Shown one piece after another: positions 42,966 through 53,600 of a stretch of DNA of 64,000 nt. The stretch lies in NCBI GenBank assembly GCA_035478295.1, contig DATIJU010000014.1, positions 202,911 through 266,910 of the forward strand, read 5' to 3'. Numbering within the stretch: the first letter of the stretch is position 1; every line of letters begins with the position of its first letter. The notes below the pieces were generated by a model that did no database searches, had not been told where the DNA came from, and was given only the letters and a program-made list of their open reading frames with translations. Source of the stretch: Bacillota bacterium. Lineage in GTDB: Bacteria; Patescibacteriota; Saccharimonadia; Saccharimonadales; UBA4665. Position numbers and translations under genes: made by a program.

Positions 42966-45900
42966 TTACAATTTTAGATCAAGCCCCTGCTGAGTCTGGT
43001 CGCGGAAGTCCTGACCGTGCAACAGACGCTTGCTGGGAGGCGGCGAATAGTGCAGACCGTACTGGAAGATTGTGGGCTGGTTCGCATCGGTAAAAGAGAA
43101 GCTCTGTTCCATGTTGATGTCGAACGACAAGAAGAACCATCTGGAGATAACCTTATCAACTGCGCTGTTATCCAGTGCACTTACTGAATAAGCCTGTTCA
43201 TTCACTAATGGCGAAACTGCTGTCGTTACCCCCCACAGATTGGCCGCTTCCCTGCTGGACTTATATGTCAAACGCCACAGTTCAATATCCACACCGTTAT
43301 TAACGGCATTGGTAAGATAAATGACAAGCTTCTGCGGCCTGCCGTCACCATTCAGGTCGGCATACTTTGAGAAAACCGCCTTCATAGCCTGCGACTGCTC
43401 ACCGCCATACTGTATTACGTTACTGCTGATAACATTAGTGCAGTCATCACCGCCGGCTACATAGTAATACCCGTTATAGAATGCTCCACCAGACCCAAAT
43501 CGAGCAGTTGTAAACTTATTAGCCCCCTGAGACCAACTACTTAATATACCGGTATTATTAACCGATGCTATCCAGGTCGTCGCCGAGCATGTCGTGCTGG
43601 CTGTTCTGCCGCCAGATAAGTAGATATATCCATTTGCTGCAAAAACCGTTTGCTGCTGTACAGCATTCGGGAGATCACCGCTATTTGCCCAGCTGCCGGT
43701 TGGAGCGCCAGTACTCGGGTTAAGTTGAATAAACTGGACGTCCATAAGATATGTGCTGCCTGTATAACCAGCCAAGATGTACAAATAGCCAGCGGATATG
43801 ACCGCTGAGTGATTATAGCGTGCCGTCGTGAAACCAGTACCAAAAGCCGTCCAGCCGCTTATAGTACCGCCAGCCGACATGTCTGGGCTATAGTACACCA
43901 AGGTCTGGGCCGTACCACCAGTATTAGCACCACCGGTCGTGTAAATATGTCCGTTAAACGTGTCGCAACTAAGACCGCTCAATGCCGTCGTCAAGGCCGT
44001 TGTTGTATTCCAGGTCCCGGGCAGTCCACTAGCACCTATCTGGCTATAGTACACCGTGCCCACTGTCGTACCGGTGCTGTCCTTGCCGCCAATTGCATAT
44101 AGATAGCCACCTACCCCTACAATGCAATTATCCATAATTGAGGCGCCCAGGATGCCGCCCGATGCCCAAGCGCCAATGGAACCGTCAGGGTTAAGTTGCG
44201 CGTAGTAGACAGTATTTAAGTAGTTACCGGCGGCCGCACAGACCGACGTTGCAACGGTATACGTATTACACCCTCCAGCCACATACAAATAACCGTTATA
44301 TGCGGTTGCAGCTGCGGCCGTGCGGTTACCAGTGTAGACGTTCGTGGCATTTGTCCATGCGCTCGTACCCTTGTTACCGGCATTATATAACTCAAAGAAC
44401 TCATTCTTCGTCGTAACCGATGAACAAGCGGCCGCAGGGTTGCCGGCTGCGCAGCCACCACTCACATAGATGTAGCCGTTAGAGAAAGCAACTCGCTCAT
44501 CCCATCGTGCGGTTATAGTGGTCACCGAGGGTGCGAGGTTACTCGTAATATTACCCGTGCTAAGATTGATCTTTCCGACTTGAACCGTATTCCATGTAGT
44601 ATTTGTGCTGCCGTCGTGGCCACCAATAACATATAGGTAGCCGTTCATAGCGTATGCATCTGTACGTCGTAAGGTTAATGCAGTGCTACCATTTGTAGTC
44701 ATAATGCCCGTTGCAGTAGACCAACTGGTGATATCATTTGTCGACTGTATCTTGGCGTATTGTATAGTGCTGGTTTGCCCTCCGGCATTCTGCCCGGCCC
44801 CGCCAGCAAGGTACACGTACCCATTATAGATAGTCGCCCCCATAACCGCTTCGGCCGTCGTAGCAGAGTTGGGCAAGTTAGCCGTGGCCGATGTCCACGC
44901 ACCAGGTGCACCAGCCGCGCCAATAGTAGACTTATAGACATTGGCATAGTATGTGGAACAGCCAGTTTGGTTAGCACCCGCGGTGCAACCCCCGAATACG
45001 TACAACACGCCACGATAGGCTACGGCCGAAGAGTAATATCTAGCATTGGCAGCCGTAACGTAGTTGTTGGCGCTCGTACTCCATGAAGGTATCGTACCGG
45101 TACTGCTCGTTAGACCGTAGTAAATAGTGTTAACGGCTGATCCATTCGAGGTAGCCGTGTAATCGTAGCCACCTAAGACATATATATAATTATTATAAAC
45201 CGTAACGGCAAATGCCGATAAGGCCAGGGGTATCGACGTTGTGGCATTCCAGCTCCCGGTTGAGCCATCGGCATTCAGCTGAGCCGACCTAACGACAGCC
45301 GTAAGATCTGCGGTACCTGTCTGGCAACTATTCGTAATACAGCCACCAATAACGTATAGATAACCCTGGCTCACCGCCATCCCGTGTCCCCACACTGCCG
45401 TTGTTAATGCTGGCGTATCGGTCGGAGATGTTTTAAGCGGGCCGATCTGACCAGGTGCAGCTATGGAATCGTACTTTTGGGCATTGAGTGCTGTTGTGCA
45501 TTGGACGGCACCGGCGTTCATAGCCGAGCATCCCGCAAAAACATAAATACTGCCACGCCAAAATACTAAATTGCCGCCAACTTGTGAATACGTTGCAACC
45601 GCAGTAGCAACGTTCGACCAGTTTCCAAGCGTGCCATCGGCATTTATTTGGGCAACTTCGATGTCACTTTGCAATGCCGTACATGTCTGACTAGCGTTGA
45701 GGGTCGCACAACCACCCTCAACATACATAAAGCCGTCATTCACAACAGCAAGCGTACCTCCCATCGCAGTACGTGCTGTTACCAGGTTTGTCGCGGTTCT
45801 CCATGTTAGAGAGCCGGCCCCGCCAAACAACGACCCGTCGGACGAGTTTAACGCTGCCACCAGCACCGTATTCGTGGGCGTGCCGGCTAACGTGCCGGCA

Positions 45901-47585
45901 ACTATATAGGCATAGCCGTTATATACCTTTAGGTCGGCATCGTATCGGGCGGCGGGCAATGTTGAGTCCTCGGTAGTAAAAGTGCCGATGCTTCCGTCGG
46001 GATTAACCGTGGCGTAGGCAGTAAAGGTACTGCCAGTGCTCGTAGCGGCACCCGTTCGGCCGCCAGCAATATAAAGCACCCCGTTATATATAGCCGCACC
46101 CAAACCACAGGAACCGGCACCTGATCCTACCGGCAAGGTCACCGAGTTAGTTGTCCAGTTGGCGCTCAATTGGCCGTTAGTCTGGATGCGATTGAAGTAA
46201 ATATTACTGTTGACGCTCGTACAAGTAGTGTCAGTTGCCGAGCCGCCAATAGCGTACATGTAACCGTTGTACACTATCAGCTGAAAACGAGATAATGCCG
46301 CCGGCAGGGCTGTAGTGGTAGCCCACGCGCCGATCGACGAATTAACCTTACTCACAGCAGCATATTCGACAGTCGAGATGTTAGAGGTACTACCCGCCGC
46401 AGCGCCTCCCGCCACATAGGCATAGTCATCATATATTGCTGCACCATTTAAAAATCGAGCCGTGCCTAGGTTATTTGCGTTTGTCGTCCAGCTAGTAGTT
46501 ACAACACCACCAGTCACAACACCGCGCGAAATATTGCCGGTAGTGGCGTTAAAGTCGACATTTGATTCTGCATTCGTATCACGGAATAAATCAGATGTGC
46601 TAATAACGGTAACTGCTGGGTCAACCGTAAGTGGAAAAACTGCTTTTTTTAGGCCGGTGGTTACCGACGTCAGAACATTGTCTTTTACTTCAAAGAACGT
46701 TTTAGCCGAGGACACCCTATGTTCGCTCTGGTATACCACCGGAGCCGGCAGTGAAAAAAGATATTTGTCTTTCTTTGAATGCTGGCGTGCCTTTTGCAAC
46801 AAGGCAGCATCCTTATCATTTCCAGTCGAGACCGAACCGTTAATAGGCAAGCTGCTGCCGTAAATGCCGACCGAGCCATCCACCTGCTGATGCGCTTCTA
46901 GCCCTTGCGACTCTAGATCCATCTCGAAATCCAATTTCATAGTGTTGCCGCGAGCGTGATCGAGAAGAATATCTTCCTTAACCCCTGTAGCCTGCATTGT
47001 ATACACAAGCCAACCCGTACCATTAGCCAACGGGTAGACTACCCTGTTAGCGTCCTGTCTCCCCCGCAACAACCCAAACTTTGGTTTGATCTTAAAAGAA
47101 ACTGAGGACATGGGGTCAGTTACCTCTACCCCCTCTGCCGGGTCTTCCTTAACGACTGCTTTGATCCTCGGGCCACCGCTCGTTTCGGTGCCACCAGTGG
47201 CCGGATTGTAATTACCGTTAAAGCTAAACGATTTCTTGACTGTGTCGTGAACTAGTTTGTCGCCTAGAAATGTATCCTTTGCCTGTAAGAGTGTCTCGGA
47301 CCTGCCCAGCGCATAGCTATGTTGGGCAAAGTATGGCTGAAGAATTGGTATCGCATCGGCTGCAAGAACAATCGCCACCAAAAGTACAAAAGCAGTTCGT
47401 ACTCGCATATCGCGTAAAAAACGCAAGCGATGTCTCAAAACCGGATTGAAGTAGAATCTAGGCAACGACGGTCGTTTGATACGTATCCTGAATGTAACAT
47501 CGTGTTGCGGGCGCATAGGAGTAACGCTCGACACCGACCGCGAGACGCTCCCCCGCTCTGATACTCGTTTTTTTATATCATCCAC
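42966..47585 (-). CDS. Membrane-anchored 18-blade Kelch-repeat (beta-propeller) protein, 1539 aa
   Basis: Uninterrupted ORF. The first possible start is the GTG at 47585, because an in-frame TAA lies 15 nt upstream; the true start is uncertain. TM segment at residues ~64-82, a ~280-aa unique region, 18 Kelch-like blades, and a 144-aa unique C-terminus. Confidence 0.87.
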   Translation of the reverse strand: MDDIKKRVSERGSVSRSVSSVTPMRPQHDVTFRIRIKRPSLPRFYFNPVLRHRLRFLRDMRVRTAFVLLVAIVLAADAIPILQPYFAQHSYALGRSETLLQAKDTFLGDKLVHDTVKKSFSFNGNYNPATGGTETSGGPRIKAVVKEDPAEGVEVTDPMSSVSFKIKPKFGLLRGRQDANRVVYPLANGTGWLVYTMQATGVKEDILLDHARGNTMKLDFEMDLESQGLEAHQQVDGSVGIYGSSLPINGSVSTGNDKDAALLQKARQHSKKDKYLFSLPAPVVYQSEHRVSSAKTFFEVKDNVLTSVTTGLKKAVFPLTVDPAVTVISTSDLFRDTNAESNVDFNATTGNISRGVVTGGVVTTSWTTNANNLGTARFLNGAAIYDDYAYVAGGAAAGSTSNISTVEYAAVSKVNSSIGAWATTTALPAALSRFQLIVYNGYMYAIGGSATDTTCTSVNSNIYFNRIQTNGQLSANWTTNSVTLPVGSGAGSCGLGAAIYNGVLYIAGGRTGAATSTGSTFTAYATVNPDGSIGTFTTEDSTLPAARYDADLKVYNGYAYIVAGTLAGTPTNTVLVAALNSSDGSLFGGAGSLTWRTATNLVTARTAMGGTLAVVNDGFMYVEGGCATLNASQTCTALQSDIEVAQINADGTLGNWSNVATAVATYSQVGGNLVFWRGSIYVFAGCSAMNAGAVQCTTALNAQKYDSIAAPGQIGPLKTSPTDTPALTTAVWGHGMAVSQGYLYVIGGCITNSCQTGTADLTAVVRSAQLNADGSTGSWNATTSIPLALSAFAVTVYNNYIYVLGGYDYTATSNGSAVNTIYYGLTSSTGTIPSWSTSANNYVTAANARYYSSAVAYRGVLYVFGGCTAGANQTGCSTYYANVYKSTIGAAGAPGAWTSATANLPNSATTAEAVMGATIYNGYVYLAGGAGQNAGGQTSTIQYAKIQSTNDITSWSTATGIMTTNGSTALTLRRTDAYAMNGYLYVIGGHDGSTNTTWNTVQVGKINLSTGNITSNLAPSVTTITARWDERVAFSNGYIYVSGGCAAGNPAAACSSVTTKNEFFELYNAGNKGTSAWTNATNVYTGNRTAAAATAYNGYLYVAGGCNTYTVATSVCAAAGNYLNTVYYAQLNPDGSIGAWASGGILGASIMDNCIVGVGGYLYAIGGKDSTGTTVGTVYYSQIGASGLPGTWNTTTALTTALSGLSCDTFNGHIYTTGGANTGGTAQTLVYYSPDMSAGGTISGWTAFGTGFTTARYNHSAVISAGYLYILAGYTGSTYLMDVQFIQLNPSTGAPTGSWANSGDLPNAVQQQTVFAANGYIYLSGGRTASTTCSATTWIASVNNTGILSSWSQGANKFTTARFGSGGAFYNGYYYVAGGDDCTNVISSNVIQYGGEQSQAMKAVFSKYADLNGDGRPQKLVIYLTNAVNNGVDIELWRLTYKSSREAANLWGVTTAVSPLVNEQAYSVSALDNSAVDKVISRWFFLSFDINMEQSFSFTDANQPTIFQYGLHYSPPPSKRLLHGQDFRDQTQQGLDLKL
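43401..46508 (-). repeat. 18 Kelch-type blade repeats (protein-level repeat, ~57 aa each)
   Basis: I counted 18 occurrences of the [YFVSH]-[AMLIVY]-Y-[VAILT]-x-[GA]-G blade core (YAYVAGG, YMYAIGG, VLYIAGG, YAYIVAG, FMYVEGG, SIYVFAG, YLYVIGG, YIYVLGG, VLYVFGG, YVYLAGG, YLYVIGG, YIYVSGG, YLYVAGG, YLYAIGG, HIYTTGG, YLYILAG, YIYLSGG, YYYVAGG). Most are preceded by a W-containing strand. Confidence 0.8.
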
Positions 47586-47626
47586 GCCAGGCCTGAACTC
47601 TTACAGGGACTCCCCTAATGCTTAAT

Positions 47627-47635
47627 ATTGTACCA
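47627..47635 (-). promoter_or_regulatory. Extended -10 element (TGGTACAAT on the minus strand) between giant gene 3 and the Kelch gene
   Basis: The minus strand reads gTGgTACAAT, 21 nt after the giant-3 stop and ~40 nt before the first possible Kelch start. Confidence 0.35.
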
Positions 47636-47656
47636 CGCCGACCTTCTAGGTCACTC

Positions 47657-50600
47657 CTATTGGTTTGTATACGAGAAGTTCAGATTCTCTACATACACGT
47701 TGGCGTTACTCTGGGACTTAACATTTATCTTAAAGATAACGTTATTGCCGCCAGCAAAGGCGCAGCTGCTATTCTCGTTGCCGTTAATAGCAACCGTGCT
47801 CCAGACATTAGCCCCACCAGAGGTTGTGACATCGGTAGCCGTTCCACAGGCTGTAATCGCAGAGCCTGTACTCTTAAACATTTCGTAGGTCACAATTCCG
47901 TTCGTAGTGTTGTCTGTACGCGCAGTCAGCGTAACAGTGCTGTCGCTCACGAAATTCTTAAATGTCGTTGGGAGCTTATAAGTAACGTACATACTATAGA
48001 TCTGCTGCGTGCTCTGAGGCGTTGTCCACTTATAGAAGTTGCGGGCGTCGTTGCTGCCACAAAGCGAGCCAACAGTGAGGGCAGCTGAATTTGCGCAAAA
48101 GTCAGAGGTCAGCGTTCCAATACCCGTGCCGTTCAAAACGGCGCCAGTATACTCTGGCGTGAGTGTAATGATGCTGTTCGGCGCAGCGCCGCAAGCCCCC
48201 CAGGTAGTGCCATCGTAACACTGTATCTTAGCCTGGCTAGTATCGAAGTACATCGAGCCAGCAAGCGCTGCATTGGAGCCTGTAAACGGTATTGCAGCAT
48301 ACGAGTCGAGCGTAAGAAGCGTCAGGCCCTGGCTTATTGCGCCACCAACCCTCAGGTTACCTACGTCAGAGGTACCAGTGCTGTTCTGCTGCACGACACT
48401 CATGTTATCGATATCAATAACCCGGCTTACACCTGGTGCGTCTGTCTGACGCACAATCAGTAGCGCAGTTGTAACTGTGGTGCTGCCCGGAATAAATGTA
48501 CAGGTTATCTTTGTCCAGGCGGTTGTCGAAAGCGCTTGCGTACTGTAGTTACTGCAGGTTGCCGTGAGCGTTGTGCCATTATCCGGTGAGTATACCACCT
48601 GTAGCGTGCTGGCCATGGCCGTACCAGACACTTGCTTGGCACTAAATGAGACGATGTAGTTAACGGTTGTACTGGCCGTTGGGGCGGTCGCAAAGTTTAT
48701 CTTTACGCCGGCATTAGTCGAGGTGCCGAAGGTTACCTTAGCCGACTGCGAACCGCTCGCCGCATCGGTAGAGGTGCCGGTGGCAACCGAGCTACCAGTA
48801 CCCTGGGCAGCCCAACCAGTAGGCGGCGAACCAGTTTCAGCGCCACCGTTGCTGATGAGATTAAGACTGGCTGCCGTATTAGACGGATCAACAGTAAGCA
48901 GGCTCGCGCCCAGTGCGTTCTGTACTTGGAACGACCCTTGGGTACCCGTTCCTGTTGATGAACCCAGTATGGCTACGATGTTGCCGCCGTTATTGTTACC
49001 GCTACCGCCGGCGTTGCCAGCATTGATGGTAATGTTACCTCCCGTGCCGCCCGTGCCCGTGGCCGAACCGTTACCGCTTGCTACTACTACCGCACCTCCG
49101 TTGGAACCGGCCGTTGCAGCCGCCGTGCCACCCTGCAGCGTTGCCGTACCGCCGGCAGTCGCACCTTTGGCGGTACCGCCTTGTAACGTCGCGTTACCGC
49201 CCGCGCCACTAGTTGCACCGCCGGTACCACCGGTGATTGTAATGGCACCGCCAGCGCCTGTTGCTCCGCCGATACCACCATTGACGGTAATTGCGCCACC
49301 AGCCTGGGTGCCAGTTCCCTGGCCACCCGTAACCGCAACCGCACCACCTACTTGGTTCGTACCCGCCGCCGTGCCACCTTGCAAGTTCAACTGACCGCCA
49401 GCGCCGGTGGTGTTAGCCAGGCCCGCCTGTAGCGTTAGGTTAGCACCGCTGCCGCTGACTGGGTTTTGGTTGATACCAATCGTGCGGTTAGCGCCGCCGC
49501 CAAGGGACAGATCAAAGCTGGATATTTCACCGGCGTTCAAGGCGATTCCCACGCGGTTGTTGGTCGTGTCTGCACTTAAAGCCGTGTTCGTAGTGGTAGC
49601 ATTCTGTATCATAAATGCTGCTGTAGAGTTGCTGGAATTCTTAAAGGTAGCCTGGCCGCTTTGGCCTAAGACAAAGAGCGCATTGGTGTTTGAGTCGGTA
49701 AACGAACTAGTTTGTGTCACTGTGGCTTGGATGTTGAACGAACAAGTTGAGGTATTGAGAGCTGGAGCGCCCCAAGCGCTTACATTAGCCCAAACACCAT
49801 TTGTAATACCAGCATAATACTGACACTTGCTGCCGGCAGGCAGACCGCCGGCACTTGCAAACTGTGCGTTACCGCTCGTATTAAAGGCTAGCCAATAAGT
49901 GGTACCGTTGGTAACTGGTATTGGTGAAGTTACAATGACATTTGAGTTGTGGCCAAGGGCGTTAGGCGCCGAAATAGACTGCAGAGAGCTATAACCTATC
50001 GGCGTTCCACTAGGGAACGTACCAGAGCCGTTGTCCGCATATACCGCGACCGTGAATGTATTGGGGGTTGTGGGGGTCGTTCCGGCGGTACCGAAATCAA
50101 CTATCATGGAGTTAATATTTCCGGTCATCGTAGCAGTAAAGTTGCTTATCTGCACGTAATTCCCGTTGGTGTCCGGATTCGTACCGGCAAGCTGGCCAAA
50201 GGTACCCGTGGTGGTAGTGGTGGTAGCCGCAGTGTAGGAGTTAATAGTAAAGGCATTACCATTCGAAGCATCAACATTAACATAGAAGTTGTTGTTGGCG
50301 CTTGCAGTCTTCAGCTCAATACCGGCATCGCCCGTGCCCGCCTGCTGCACTATGACCGGCAGCGCGTTCACGGCGCTATTGTTTACAGACACGTCTAGAG
50401 TACGCGTAGCGACGTTTGTGTTAATGCCTACGAGGGCGTTCCCGGTATTGCCGTTACTGTTCGTGACGGTAAAGAGCGCGTTGCCCAGACCACTAGTGCC
50501 CACCCCTGCGCGGACAGCCAGCAACGGTACACTCGAACCAAGACCGCCATTTATATCCTGAATGTCGATTGCTGCACGTGAGGCATCCAAAGTTATCTCA

Positions 50601-53600
50601 GGAGTGGAGCTCCCTGCGCTGTTCGTATAGTCATTTTGGAGTGTGGCCGAGTCTGCGCCAGCACCAGTCCAGGCGCTACCCGTCCATAGAAGGGTAGCTG
50701 TTGCGCCTGGACTAAGCGATAAACTGCTGCCCGCAGTCAATACGAACGAATTTGAGCCGTTATTAGTGACATACAGCAGACGGCCAGCCTGAGAAGCACC
50801 GTTGGTTGGGCTTGGCACGGTAAAGGTCAGGCCCGGATTTGTGGCCGTAGCTAAGATTGCCGAGAACGAGTCAACCGTAGCCTGTGTAATTGTGGATGTA
50901 GCACCACTAGAATACGTGCCGGTCGTAAAGTACGTGCCACCATTAAGCTGAATAAGCCCCTTCGCGCCGCTTGCAGCTAAGGTGCCACCCTGGATGGTTA
51001 CGTTACCACCGTTACTTGCGCCAGTACCGTTGGCAGTACCACCCTGAATCAGCACATTGCCTCCTGTGGCGGCCGCGCCAGTACCACTTCCACCACCCTG
51101 GATTGTAGTTAGACCACCGGCTTGCGTACCACTGCCCGCACCGGAGATAAAGGTCAACGCTCCACCAATGACATTGCCCGTGTTGGCGGCCGTACCAGAG
51201 ACCGTAAAGTTGTTGGGGGCGCTAGCTGCGGAGCCGTTACCCAGGTACAGGTTGTTGCTAGTATCGAAGGTAGCGCGCACATTCGGACCGCTCGAACCGG
51301 TTACAATTTGCAGGCTGTTAGCGTCGGTGGTGCCGAGGACAGCAGTAGTGCCGAAGTTGTTGCCACCTTGCAAGAATGGCGTGCCGTTCGCAGTACCACT
51401 TCCACAAGTAATAAGGCTACCTGTGGAGCTATCGCGACAAACAGCGATAGCACTGGTTGTCGACGAACCGAGGGCACCCAGCTTCACTACACTAGTCCCG
51501 CCACCTAAGGTAACTTGGTTGTTGTTTACCGTACCTACTGTTATAACGCCCGACGTCGCAGCCTGAATAGAGACAGCACCATTACCCGTACTCGTGTTGC
51601 CACCTTGGATAGTCGTTACGTTTCCGGTACTCGCAATTGAGCCCACCGTCACCGTGTTCGTGCCGGCCGGCGTTCCATCGCCAATGTGGATAACCTTTGC
51701 ACCAGTGCCCACCGTGTTGCCGGTACCTATATTTATAGTGTCGGTGATACCCGTAGGCGTGTTGCCGCTAAAGGCAAAGAGTGTGCGGTTGGCGTCCGAT
51801 GCCACGTTACCTATATCTACCTGCGTAACGCGGTCATTGTTGGCCAGTTTTAGGCTTGCAGTACCGCTGTTGCCCGCCGTACCAGATAGAATGTTTACGT
51901 TAATTGTGCTGCCAGCGATGGTTTGCGCGCCGTTGCCAATATTAATTGTCTGAGTGTTAGCGGCGGTAAAGTCGGCGCTGCCCACATTAATGATATTGGT
52001 TGACGACGACTGCCCTAGCGTCAACGTACCAGTGCTCGCCGTACTGCCGACCGTAATAACGTTAGAGGCATTCGTGCCGATGCTGATGGTACCCGATGCA
52101 AGCGCTTGCAGCTGAACAGCTGAGGCACCGTTGCCGCCCTGAACGAGCACGGTTGTACCGTTTGCAGCCGAACCCGCAGTAGTAGAGCCAATGTTAACTG
52201 TTTGTGTGGCTCCAGTAGAAGTCGCTACGTTTACGGTACTTGCCTGGGCGGTCGCACCCGTTACTCCCAGGTTAACCGTCGGCGTATTAGTGTCTATGCC
52301 AAGCAGCGACGTACCGCCAGTGTTTAACACCTGGAACGCTGTGCTGGAGTTGTTGTAGTTCTGGAATTGCGCCTGACCAATGTTACTCAGGGTGAATAGT
52401 GAGTTAGAGCCAAACGTATCCGTCGTAGTATTCAGAGAATACGTAGCGTAGATGTTATAGTTCTGCACGCCCACGCCACCCGTACAGGTGCCATACGGTG
52501 ATGCAAAACCGAGCGCAAACGTCCGAGATATAAAACAGGAGGTGCCTGTATTGGTGAAACGCATATCGGCAGTAGGGTCGTTCGTATTAAAAGCTAACCA
52601 GTAGTTGGTGCCCGGAGACAGGCCGGCCGTAACAGGCGCCGTATTTAGAGCACCGGGTGTGATTGACTGGCTTGCGCTGGCAGCTATGAGTGAGCCCGGT
52701 ACGCCCGCATTGTCAGCGTATAGTGCAACCGCATACGAGTTAGCCGACGATCCGCCAACAATGAAGACCGAGATGCTGCTCATCGTGCCGGCAGTCCCAC
52801 CCATAGTGAACATGCTGGCATTTTGAAAATTCTGGTCGCCAGAGTCCGTAGTACAGCTTACACATGTCGTGCGGCCCATAGTATTGATTGAACCTGCCGC
52901 AACCGAAGAAGAAATCTTAAACTTGCCCCCGTCGCTAGTATCCACACCAGTATAGAAGCTACCGCCCGTACTCTTGTATTCCATGCTGGGGTCACCTGCA
53001 CCTAGTTGCTCGATAAGTAACGGACCGCCACTGGTGGTACTGTTGTTAACCGATAGGTGCAGCGGGCGTGTTGCCGTCTCAACACCAATGCCTACCAGCG
53101 GAGTGCCGCTGTTACCGCCGCTGTTCGTAACCGTAAGGAGCGGGTTGCCCTTACCACTGCCTGCGCCCGCCCGAACTGCCAGCAACTGAGCATTGCTCCC
53201 TACGTAGCCGCCATTGGCATCCTGGATGTCGACACCGCCGCGAGTGGCATCAAGTATTATCTCCGGGGTAGTAGTACCAGTTGAGTTATTGTAGGCATTT
53301 TGCAGGGCGCTCGAATCTACGCCGGCGCCCGTCCATGCGCTGCCGCTATAAATTAAAGTGGCTGTGCTACCTGGATTTAGCGAGATATTCGAAGATGCAA
53401 AACTTAATATAAAGCTGTTGCTGCCGACGTTTGTAATGTACATAACCCGGCCGGCCTGGCTAGCACCGTTCGTAGGTGTGGGTAGCGTAAAGGTCGAGCC
53501 GCCGGCAGTGGCCGTAACGAGTATGGCCGAATTAGAGTCAACAACACTCTGTGTGATAGTTGCGCTAGCACTACCGCTCGAGAAGCTGCCCGTCGTAAAG

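Noticed and set aside
48960-49440. Gly-rich tract considered as RTX calcium-binding nonapeptides
   Set aside because: The repeats lack the conserved Asp of GGxGxD and have irregular period. No T1SS genes are present.
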